Positions 28,245-36,835 of a stretch of 64,000 nt of DNA are shown in pieces. Under the pieces are notes generated by a model. It made no database searches and was not told the origin of the DNA. It saw only the letters and a program-made list of their open reading frames with translations. Each line of letters begins with the position of its first letter. The first letter of the stretch is position 1. The position numbers and the translations under genes are program-made. The DNA is taken from positions 1-64,000 of the forward strand of contig CAVTNR010000009.1 in NCBI GenBank assembly GCA_963736115.1. Reading direction: 5' to 3'. The stretch is from an uncultured bacterium. GTDB taxonomy: Bacteria; Zhuqueibacterota; QNDG01; DTFT01.

Positions 28245-30431
28245 ATGAACCTGAAAAAAATTCCGGCCGGCATCCGGCGCGCGTTCTGGAAAGTCTTCGG
28301 CTTCTGGCCCGAACGGAAGCGGTGGATGCTGATTCCGGTTCTGACCGTCGTGTCCTTCCTGTTCATCGCGGCCGCGCTGATCCTGATCTTCAGCCGCGGA
28401 CTGCCTTCCCTGACCGTACTCGAGCATTACGACCCGATGCTCGCGACCCGCATCTATTCGGCGGACGGCCGCGTGCTCAAGCAACTGTACATGCAGAACC
28501 GGCAGGAAGTCCGGCTGGAGCAGGTGCCGGAGAACATGATCCAGGCCGTTCTCGCCACCGAGGACCGCCGTTTCTTCGAGCACTGGGGATTCGACCTGCG
28601 GCGGTTCTTCAAGGCCGTTTATGTGGACGTCACCACCCTGAGCAAGAAACAGGGCGCCGGCACCATCACCGGCCAGCTCGCGCGCCAGCTGTATCTCAGC
28701 CTGGAGAAAACCTGGGGCCGCAAGATCCGCGAGGCGCTGACCGCCATTCAGATCGAACGCACGTATTCGAAATATGAAATTCTCGAAATGTACCTGAACC
28801 ACATGTACTTCGAGAACCGGGCCTACGGCGTGCAGGCGGCCGCCCAGCGGTACTTCGGCAAGAACGTCGAGGACCTAAGGACCGAGGAATCGGCCGTGCT
28901 CGTGGGCATTCTGAGGAGCCCGGCCAATTACTCGCCGATCAAGCATCCGGAAGTGGCCCTGGGACGGCGCAATCTGATTCTGAGCAACATGTTCAACGCC
29001 GGCTTTCTGACCCAGGCCGAAACCGATTCGCTGAAAAGCCTGCCCATGAACGTGCTGGATAAACCGGACGACGATGCCGACACCATTGCGCCGTATTTCT
29101 GCGAGTACGTGCGGCAGATGCTCGAGGCGAAGTACGGCGTGGGCGTGGTCACGGACGGACTCTCCATTTACACCACCCTGGACTCGCGCATCCAGGCCTG
29201 CGCCGAAAAGGCCATACAGGACAAACTTCCCCAGCTCGAAGCGACGGTGCAGCGGAAAATGCTGAACCGCCGGGAGTTCGCCGAATGGGTCAAGGCCACC
29301 CACCGCGATCCCGCCGAGATGCGCGAGATTCTGCGGGATACGACCTATCTGGATTCCCTGATGGCCGCCAAGACCCGTTTGCAGGTGGCCATGGTGGTGC
29401 TCGACCCGTCCAACGGGAACATCCTCGCCATGGTCGGCGGCCGCGACTTTGCTGAATCCAAATTCAACCGCGCCGTTCAGGCCAAACGCCAACCCGGATC
29501 GGCTTTCAAGCCCATCGTGTACACCGTGGCGATCGACAACGGGTATCCTCCCTGCTTCGAACTCCTGAATCAGCCCGTCGTCGTGCCCATGATGGACGGC
29601 ACGGTCTGGCGGCCGAAGAATTATTACGAGGACACCGGCGGGCCCACCACCCTGCGGGAGGCCCTGAAGCGCTCTCTGAACCTGGTGAGTATCCGCCTGG
29701 TTCAGGAAGTCATGCCGCCCGAGAAGGTGGCGTTGTTCGCGAAACACTGGGGGTTCACCACGCCCATCGACGCCTTCTACGGTATCGCGCTCGGCGTGTT
29801 CGAGGTGATTCCCATGGAACTCGTCAGCGCCTTCACCGCGTTTCCGAACCACGGCGTGGTGGTCGACCCCACGGCCGTGCTCCGGGTGGAGGACAAGAGC
29901 GGCAACCTGCTGGAGGAAGCCGCTCCCAGGAGCCGGGAAATCTTCAGCGAGTCCACGGCCTATATCATGACCAGCATGCTCCGGGATGTCGTGGATCACG
30001 GCACCGGATACGAGACGAGGCGGTCGTACCACTTTACGCGCCCGGCCGGCGGCAAAACCGGAACGACCAATGACTTTACCGACGCCTGGTTCGTGGGCTT
30101 CACGCCCCAGATCTGCGCCGGCGTGTGGGTGGGATTCGACGACAAGCGTATCAGCCTGGGCGACCGGCAGTCCGGCGCGGTTGTGGCCCTGCCCATCTGG
30201 GCGCCGTTCATGCGCATGGCATACGACACGCTCCAGCTCCCGGAAGCGGATTTCAAACAGCCGGCGGACGCGGCATGGATCAAAATCTGTGATACCTCGA
30301 AAAAACTCGCGGGCGAATACTGCCCCGAAACCCGGTACGAGGTGTTCCGCAAGGATCTCGCGCCGGCCGAGCCGTGCGACGTCCACCGGACCCAAGGGGC
30401 CGAACAGCGCGCTCCGGAGAACGTGTTCTGA
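28245..30431 (+). CDS. Class A penicillin-binding protein (PBP1A family)
   Basis: Transglycosylase EDRRFFEHWG, GAGTITGQL, RKIRE; transpeptidase RQPGSAFKP, SLN, KTG. Confidence 0.95.
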   Translation: MNLKKIPAGIRRAFWKVFGFWPERKRWMLIPVLTVVSFLFIAAALILIFSRGLPSLTVLEHYDPMLATRIYSADGRVLKQLYMQNRQEVRLEQVPENMIQAVLATEDRRFFEHWGFDLRRFFKAVYVDVTTLSKKQGAGTITGQLARQLYLSLEKTWGRKIREALTAIQIERTYSKYEILEMYLNHMYFENRAYGVQAAAQRYFGKNVEDLRTEESAVLVGILRSPANYSPIKHPEVALGRRNLILSNMFNAGFLTQAETDSLKSLPMNVLDKPDDDADTIAPYFCEYVRQMLEAKYGVGVVTDGLSIYTTLDSRIQACAEKAIQDKLPQLEATVQRKMLNRREFAEWVKATHRDPAEMREILRDTTYLDSLMAAKTRLQVAMVVLDPSNGNILAMVGGRDFAESKFNRAVQAKRQPGSAFKPIVYTVAIDNGYPPCFELLNQPVVVPMMDGTVWRPKNYYEDTGGPTTLREALKRSLNLVSIRLVQEVMPPEKVALFAKHWGFTTPIDAFYGIALGVFEVIPMELVSAFTAFPNHGVVVDPTAVLRVEDKSGNLLEEAAPRSREIFSESTAYIMTSMLRDVVDHGTGYETRRSYHFTRPAGGKTGTTNDFTDAWFVGFTPQICAGVWVGFDDKRISLGDRQSGAVVALPIWAPFMRMAYDTLQLPEADFKQPADAAWIKICDTSKKLAGEYCPETRYEVFRKDLAPAEPCDVHRTQGAEQRAPENVF

Positions 30432-30470
30432 TCAAAGCGGACCGGTTCGCGGTCTCGTGTTCAAAAAGCT

Positions 30471-30510
30471 AAAACGGCGGCCTTCCTGAAGAAAGCCGCC
30501 GTTTTCTTTT
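30471..30510 (+). terminator. Intrinsic terminator (likely bidirectional)
   Basis: AAAACGGCGGC...GCCGCCGTTTTCTTTT. Confidence 0.75.
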
Positions 30511-30524
30511 CGCTCAATTTGGAT

Positions 30525-30658
30525 GTCCGAAAGCCTCGCCTTCCCGTCCCGTCCCGCTACGCGGGACCAAGCAACAGATGCCGGCTATTGAAGGCTACGC
30601 GGGACCAATCGACAGATTCCCGCCATTGAAGGGCTTCGCAGGACTCGGCATTTCGGAC
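30525..30658. repeat. Palindrome containing two nested mini-elements
   Basis: Outer GTCCGAAA...TTTCGGAC; mini-element 30552-30594 interrupts the hairpin of a second copy ending near 30632. Confidence 0.75.
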
Positions 30659-31990
30659 CTACAGCAAACCCGACTTGCTAACCTTCCGTTCCCGGACAAA
30701 AACCGCCAGTAGCAGCATCGAGACGAAGGCGAGGCCCGCGCCGGTTCCGAAAGCGGCCGCGGCCCCGAACTTCTGGTAGATCAGCCCGAAGATCAGGCTC
30801 GCCGGAAGCGCGCCCAGTCCGATCGTGAAATGATACAGGCCGAACGCGCTCCCCCGCATGTCAGGACCGGCCAGGTCCGCGACGAAGGCCTTTTCCGCTC
30901 CTTCGGTGAAAGCGTAGTAAAGGGCATACACGGTAAAAAGCGCGAGGGTAGCCGCGATCTGCATGTTTTCCGGCAAACGGTCCAGGAAAGCGAAGCCCAC
31001 GTACACGGCCGCGTATATAAACCACCCGATCAGGATCACCCGCTTGCGGCCGAGTGTATCGGACCACCCGCTGAGGGGCGTGGAAAAAACCGCCTTGATG
31101 ACGTGAAAAAACGACCAGAGCAGGGACAGAAACAGGATGCCGGCCAGCATTTCGCGTGCCGACGGATCGGCGAGACGGCCGAGCATGTCCCCGATGAGCG
31201 GCAGTCCGGAGAACCGGGACACGAATCCTCCTCCGCTTCGTCCGGCCTCCTGAACGCGGAAGAGCAGAAAGGCGTCCGACGAATTGCCGAGCGTGAACAG
31301 GAGAAGAACCGCGAGATACGCCGTGAAATTCCGGCCGGAAGGTTTAAGGGAAAAGGACCGCTTGACGGCCGGCGGCAGATCTGCCACGTTCTCGCGGACG
31401 AACCCCCACACCGCAACCACGGCCATAAGGCCGGGCACTGCGGCCAGAACGAACGTCCACCGCAGTACGCCCAGTGTGTCCGTCATTCCGAAACCGGTCA
31501 CCAGAACGGTCATTGCCAGCACCGCGAGCAGAGGGCCGAGCACGGCGCCTGTGTGGTCCATGGCCCTGTGGAATCCGAAGGCCCGGCCCCGCCTGTCCGC
31601 GTCCGCTGAAGCCGCGATCAGCGCGTCCCTGGGCGCCGTACGGATCCCCTTGCCGACACGATCCGTCATCCGGACGAGAACGATGTGCCAGGCCGCGGAC
31701 ACGACGCCTGTGAGCGGACGCACCAGCGAGGATACCGTGTACCCGGCCGCGACCAGGAGCTTGCGCCTGCGAAGCCTGTCCGACAGCGCGCCGCTGAACA
31801 GTTTCAGAAAGGCCGCGGTGGTCTCGGCCACGCCCTCGATCACGCCCAGGATCACAGCGCCGGATCCCAGCGCGGCCACGAAAACCGGGACCAGCGGATA
31901 AATCATCTCGCTCGCCGCGTCCGTGAGCAGGCTCACAACACCGAGCACGACGATGTTGCGGGGGATTTTTCTCACAGTCTCTTTGGACAC
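30659..31990 (-). CDS. MFS transporter
   Basis: SLLTDAASEMIYP, GALSDRLRRRK, DRVGKGIRTAPRDA; about 12 TMs. Confidence 0.92.
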   Translation of the reverse strand: MSKETVRKIPRNIVVLGVVSLLTDAASEMIYPLVPVFVAALGSGAVILGVIEGVAETTAAFLKLFSGALSDRLRRRKLLVAAGYTVSSLVRPLTGVVSAAWHIVLVRMTDRVGKGIRTAPRDALIAASADADRRGRAFGFHRAMDHTGAVLGPLLAVLAMTVLVTGFGMTDTLGVLRWTFVLAAVPGLMAVVAVWGFVRENVADLPPAVKRSFSLKPSGRNFTAYLAVLLLFTLGNSSDAFLLFRVQEAGRSGGGFVSRFSGLPLIGDMLGRLADPSAREMLAGILFLSLLWSFFHVIKAVFSTPLSGWSDTLGRKRVILIGWFIYAAVYVGFAFLDRLPENMQIAATLALFTVYALYYAFTEGAEKAFVADLAGPDMRGSAFGLYHFTIGLGALPASLIFGLIYQKFGAAAAFGTGAGLAFVSMLLLAVFVRERKVSKSGLL

Positions 31991-32030
31991 GATCCAAATC
32001 TCCTGTTCAACTGACAGAATCCCGCGACTT

Positions 32031-32096
32031 GGATGCATGGATGGATGGTTGCATGGGAGCAATCATGCATTCATACATCCATTCATCCATGCATGG
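32031..32096. repeat. Inverted tetramer/octamer tandem array
   Basis: ATGCATGG-ATGGATGG-TTGCATGG facing CATGCATT-CATACATC-CATTCATC-CATGCAT. Confidence 0.75.
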
Positions 32097-32098
32097 TT

Positions 32099-33403
32099 TC
32101 ACCCGATCCGCCCGGCAATCAATGGAACGGGCGCGGGCGGCCGGTCCGTTATTTCATACGCCGCCTGCATCCGCCGGACCGCTTCCCCCGTGTCGATGTC
32201 CCGGTCCGCGTGGAGCACGGCGATGGTCTCTCCCCTTTCGACGCGATCCCCCGTCTTCTTCAGAAGGACGGCTCCGGCCGCAGGATCGATCACATCCTCC
32301 TTGCGGCTTCGACCCGCGTCGAGATCCGTGCAAAGAACGCCCACTGCGGCCGCGTTGATACCCGCCACCCATCCTTCCTCAGGACTGGGGACGGAAATTT
32401 CGTGCTTCGCCTTTGGCCATCGATCCGGGTATTCGACGAAAGAGACATCCCCCTTCTGGGATCGGACCATTTCCAAAAATTTTTTCCACGCCGCTCCCGA
32501 ATCGAGGAGCCCGCGGAGCATGGGCATACCTTCCTCAGAAGTGCGGACCTTTCCCGCGAGAACCAGCATTTCCGCGCCGAGCGCGAGTGTGAGTTCGCGG
32601 ACATCCCGCGGGCCCTGGCCGCGGAGCGCTTCGATGGATTCGAGCACTTCCAGCCGGTTGCCGACCGTTCGGCCGAGCGGCTGATCCATGTCCGTGAGCA
32701 GGGCCACTGTTTTCAGTCCGAGACCTTTCCCGAGCCGGACCAGGGATTCGGCGAGTCTCTCCGTATCCTCGCGTTTCGGAAAAAACGCGCCGCTGCCCAG
32801 CTTAACGTCGAGCACGAGGCCGTCCGTTCCCTCCGCTTTCTTTTTGGATAGGATGCTCGCGCAGATGAGCGGGATGCTCGGCACCGTGCCGGTCACGTCC
32901 CGAAGCGCGTACACCTTGCGGTCCGCGGGCACGATGCGCTCCGACTGGCCGATGATCGCGCATCCGACGGTAGCGAGCTGGTCCCGGAACGCGGATTCGG
33001 AGAGTTGCGTCGTGAACCCCGGGATGGATTCGAGCTTGTCGAGAGTGCCGCCGGTGTGGCCAAGGCCGCGGCCGGCCATCATGGGCACGGGCACGCCGGC
33101 CGCCGCGACCAGCGGCGCGAGGATGAGCGAGATTTTGTCTCCCACGCCGCCCGTTGAATGCTTGTCCACCTTGATTCCGGGTATGGAGGACAGGTCGATC
33201 GATTCGCCGGAATCGATGAACGCTTTGGTTAGCGCGACGGTCTCGGCCTCGTCCATCCCTCGGAGCACCACGGCCATCAGAAACGCGGACATCTGGTAAT
33301 CGGGCACTTCGCCTGAAACGTATGCGCGCACCAGTCCGGTTATTTCGTCCCCGGACAGGGATCCGCAGTCGCGTTTACGGACAATGCATTCGACCATGTT
33401 CAT
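32099..33403 (-). CDS. pdp: Pyrimidine-nucleoside/thymidine phosphorylase
   Basis: DKHSTGGVGDK, GRGLGHTGGTLDKLESIPG, YALRDVTGTV. Confidence 0.95.
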   Translation of the reverse strand: MNMVECIVRKRDCGSLSGDEITGLVRAYVSGEVPDYQMSAFLMAVVLRGMDEAETVALTKAFIDSGESIDLSSIPGIKVDKHSTGGVGDKISLILAPLVAAAGVPVPMMAGRGLGHTGGTLDKLESIPGFTTQLSESAFRDQLATVGCAIIGQSERIVPADRKVYALRDVTGTVPSIPLICASILSKKKAEGTDGLVLDVKLGSGAFFPKREDTERLAESLVRLGKGLGLKTVALLTDMDQPLGRTVGNRLEVLESIEALRGQGPRDVRELTLALGAEMLVLAGKVRTSEEGMPMLRGLLDSGAAWKKFLEMVRSQKGDVSFVEYPDRWPKAKHEISVPSPEEGWVAGINAAAVGVLCTDLDAGRSRKEDVIDPAAGAVLLKKTGDRVERGETIAVLHADRDIDTGEAVRRMQAAYEITDRPPAPVPLIAGRIG

Positions 33404-34302
33404 GACGCGTTTCCCGGTTTTCCCGCTGCAGACGGTTGCCCGATCACGGCCGCGAATCCCGCCCACTCCTTCATCTCCTGTTTTTCAATCAGGCGGAAAG
33501 GCGGCTTTTCGATCAGATCGAGCACCATCCCCTGTTCTTCGATGAGTATGCCGGACAGGATGAGCATGGCGCCGGGCTTCGCGAAGCGCGGGAAATCGGG
33601 TATCATGGGAACCAGCGTGCGGCGATCGATGTTGGCGAGGATGAGGTCGAAGGCGCGGCCCTGGGGGGCCGCCTCTCCAAGGATATCCAGCGACCCCAGC
33701 CTGACCTCGAACCGGTCCGAAACGCCGTTGATGCCCGCGTTCTCGGCCGCGTTCTCCACCGACTCCTCCTCCACATCCAGACCGAACGCGGATGCGGCGC
33801 CCAGTTTCAACGCCGCGATCGCGAGTATGCCGGACCCGGTGCCGACATCGAGCACGGTCATGCCGGGTTTCAGGTGGCGTTCGAGCATTCCGATGCAAAG
33901 ACGTGTGGTCTCATGCGACCCGGTCCCGAATGCCATTTTGGGTGATATGTCGATGACGAGATCGCCCGGAGCCGCGGTCCAGTTTTCCCAGGGCGGCTTG
34001 ACCACGAAACGGTTCCCGACCCGTGTCGGTTTGAAATAGGCCTTCCAGGCCAACCCCCAGTCCTCTTCCGGCACCGGCCGCAGGACCGGATCCGATATGG
34101 AAAAGCCCATTTCCCTGAGAGACCGGCCGTAATCCGAAAGGGATTCGAGTATGCCGTCAGGCGACAGGCCCTCGGGAAAAAAGAGGCGAATCCCGCCGTC
34201 GATTTCCTCGATGCCGGAGGCCCCGATTTCGAAAGCGCGGTTCGCCGCGCCTTCCAGCGCCTCGGCGGATCCGGAGAAGGATATTTCGGTCCAGGTTTTC
34301 AT
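33400..34302 (-). CDS. prmA: Ribosomal protein L11 methyltransferase
   Basis: EEDW, PKMAFGTGSHETT, LDVGTGSGILAI, LSGI. Confidence 0.95.
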   Translation of the reverse strand: MKTWTEISFSGSAEALEGAANRAFEIGASGIEEIDGGIRLFFPEGLSPDGILESLSDYGRSLREMGFSISDPVLRPVPEEDWGLAWKAYFKPTRVGNRFVVKPPWENWTAAPGDLVIDISPKMAFGTGSHETTRLCIGMLERHLKPGMTVLDVGTGSGILAIAALKLGAASAFGLDVEEESVENAAENAGINGVSDRFEVRLGSLDILGEAAPQGRAFDLILANIDRRTLVPMIPDFPRFAKPGAMLILSGILIEEQGMVLDLIEKPPFRLIEKQEMKEWAGFAAVIGQPSAAGKPGNAS

Positions 34303-34330
34303 TTGATCACAATAAAGGGGAACGGGCGGC

Positions 34331-35251
34331 TCAGGGTTTGGCTTCGTAGATCAGGTGCAGTACCAGCGTGCCCACGGACTGCAGGCTCTCGGCGCTGCAT
34401 TTGTCCGGCGTGTCCTGCACGGTGTGCCAGTAAGGATAATCCAGGTCGATGATGTCCACTGCCGGAATGCCGGCCTTGATCAGCTCGAGATGATCGTCCA
34501 CCACTTCATACCCGTCCGCGGACGAAAAGGCGGAGAGGCCGAGCCTGCGGGCCGTGCCCCAGACCAGGTCCACGACCCCGGCCGCGTAACGGCGGGAATT
34601 CGCCTCCACCGGAAGGGACAGGTTCCGGTCGCCGATCATGTCGAGCAGAACCGCGTACCGGAACGCGGACGCTTTCGGCCGGACCGAGGTGAAATGCCGC
34701 GATCCGAGGCACCAGGTCGATAGGTCGTTTTCAAGACCCCCATCCTCGCCGTCGAAGAAGACGAGATCCACGCCGACCGGCGGAGGCGCGGTTTTCATGA
34801 CTGCCGCCGCCTGCAGGAGAACGGCCGTGCCCGAGGCGCCGTCGTTCGCGCCCGGCACGGATTTTTTGCGGTTGACGGGATTCGGGTCGAGGTCCGCGAA
34901 GGCGCGGCAGTCCCAGTGGGCACAGAACAGGAGGCGGGTTTTCAGCTCGGGCCTGAAAGAGGCGATCAGATTGGTCATGTCCGCGCGTTTCTTCGAAACG
35001 GCAATGAAACCCTGGAACCGCTGGGGAACGACGGAAGCGCCGCAGGCCTTCAGCTCAGCTGTCATGAATTCAAGACATTTCGCGTGGCCGGCCGTTCCCG
35101 GAACCCGGGGGCCGAATGCGCACTGTTTTTCCAGAAGCGCGAAAGCCTTTGCGCCGGAAAAAGCGGGAACCGGCGCCGTGGCTCGAGGCGGCTTCACTGC
35201 CGCGGACAGGAGCAGAAGAGCGGAGGTCATGAACATGAAGGGCCAGGGCAT
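34331..35251 (-). CDS. M28 family peptidase / glutaminyl cyclase-like
   Basis: FGPRVPG, AHWD, GANDGASG, FFDGED, LLDMIG, DDH, WHT; signal peptide. Confidence 0.88.
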   Translation of the reverse strand: MPWPFMFMTSALLLLSAAVKPPRATAPVPAFSGAKAFALLEKQCAFGPRVPGTAGHAKCLEFMTAELKACGASVVPQRFQGFIAVSKKRADMTNLIASFRPELKTRLLFCAHWDCRAFADLDPNPVNRKKSVPGANDGASGTAVLLQAAAVMKTAPPPVGVDLVFFDGEDGGLENDLSTWCLGSRHFTSVRPKASAFRYAVLLDMIGDRNLSLPVEANSRRYAAGVVDLVWGTARRLGLSAFSSADGYEVVDDHLELIKAGIPAVDIIDLDYPYWHTVQDTPDKCSAESLQSVGTLVLHLIYEAKP

Positions 35252-35433
35252 GCTATTCTTTTCCTTAATTTTAAATCGACAATAACGCACTCCCGGACGT
35301 ATCGCGTCCATCGTCCATTTCCACCATAAAAGAATATAGGAAACAGCCCTTCCAATGTCAACCGAAACCCGGACCGCCCGGACTGCGACTTTCGCCTTGT
35401 AATGACCCCGGTTTTTAATTAACTTTTCCGGCA

Positions 35434-36750
35434 ATGGGAACCCCCGCCACACGCATGACCTACCGCCAGGCCGTCGATTACCTGTTCCACCGCGAACGCA
35501 GGGCGATGCGCTTCGGCCTCGACGCCATACGCGACCTGCTCGGCCGTTGCGGCGATCCCCAGAAGTCCTTTGCTTCCGTGCACATCGCGGGAACGAACGG
35601 CAAGGGCTCCACAACGGCCATGCTCGAGGCCGTGCTCAGGGCCTCGGGGTTTCGCACGGGCCGCTACACGTCCCCGCACCTGACGGACATGCGGGAACGC
35701 ATCGATGTTGCCGGCCGGAACATCTCGGGCGCCGCGGTTTCGGCCTGGCTGGACCGGCACCGGGCCGACGCCGAAGCCGCGGGAGCGACGGTTTTCGAAA
35801 TCCTGACCGCCATGGCCTTCTCGCATTTCAGGGATTCCCGCGTAGACATCGCCGTGATCGAAACCGGCCTCGGCGGACGGCTGGACGCGACCAATGCAGT
35901 GGAACCGGTCCTGACCGCGATCACCGCGATCGGAAAGGACCACGCCGAGCTTCTCGGCGGCACGCTCGAAAGCATCGCGCGGGAAAAGGCGGGTATTCTC
36001 AAGCCGGGCGTGACCTGCGTGGCCGCGCCGCAGGCCAGTCGCGTCCGGGCCGTGCTGACGTCCTCGGCCGCTTCGGTTCCATGCCCGATCGTCTTCTCCC
36101 GGGACGCGGTCACCATCCGAAACCTCGAATGCTCCGACCGGTTTTCGCGTTTCGACGCGTCAACGGAACAATCCGAATACAAGGGCCTTCGGCTCTGCCT
36201 GCTCGGCCGGCACCAGATCGACAACGCGGCGCTGGTGATCGCGGCCGTGGAAGCGCTCCGGAAATCCGGGTGGGCGATACCGGACAAAGCCGTGACCGCC
36301 GGATTGCGCGGCGTTGTCTGGAGGGGCCGCCTGGAAGTGCTCCGGAGGAACCCGACCGTCCTGGTCGATTCTGCGCACAATCCGGCCGGCGCCACCACGC
36401 TGGCCCTCGCGCTCCGGACCCTGTTCCGGTACGACCGGCTGATTCTGGTTTTCGGCGTTCTCGCGGACAAAGATTTCCGGTCCATGCTGAAGATACTCGC
36501 CCCGGCCGCGCACCGGATCATCCTCACGCGCCCCCTGTCGGAACGGGCCATGGATCCAGTCGTCCTGTCCGGGCTTACGGCGTTGAAGGGAAAGCCGGTG
36601 ACCGTGATCCCGGACATCGGGCAGGCTTGGGAAACCGCCCTGCGTTCGGCCCGGCGCGGAGATTGCGTATGCGGCGCGGGATCCATCTATTTCGCGGGCG
36701 AGGTGCTGAAACACCCGCTCGGCAAGCGGAAGCGGGCAAGTTCCCATTGA
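35434..36750 (+). CDS. folC: Folylpolyglutamate/dihydrofolate synthase
   Basis: HIAGTNGKGST, YTSPHL, ETGLGGRLDATN, WRGRLE, DSAHNP. Confidence 0.95.
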   Translation: MGTPATRMTYRQAVDYLFHRERRAMRFGLDAIRDLLGRCGDPQKSFASVHIAGTNGKGSTTAMLEAVLRASGFRTGRYTSPHLTDMRERIDVAGRNISGAAVSAWLDRHRADAEAAGATVFEILTAMAFSHFRDSRVDIAVIETGLGGRLDATNAVEPVLTAITAIGKDHAELLGGTLESIAREKAGILKPGVTCVAAPQASRVRAVLTSSAASVPCPIVFSRDAVTIRNLECSDRFSRFDASTEQSEYKGLRLCLLGRHQIDNAALVIAAVEALRKSGWAIPDKAVTAGLRGVVWRGRLEVLRRNPTVLVDSAHNPAGATTLALALRTLFRYDRLILVFGVLADKDFRSMLKILAPAAHRIILTRPLSERAMDPVVLSGLTALKGKPVTVIPDIGQAWETALRSARRGDCVCGAGSIYFAGEVLKHPLGKRKRASSH

Positions 36751-36775
36751 CATTTCATCCGCTATCGGGTATATT
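36747..36775 (+). promoter_or_regulatory. Sigma70-type promoter for the REC-phosphorylase gene
   Basis: TTGACA-17 nt-TATATT. Confidence 0.7.
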
Positions 36776-36835
36776 AAAGGATACCCCGGCCTCGGTCCGG
36801 CCGGGACCCGGCAAGAACAACCAGGTGGGTTTTTA

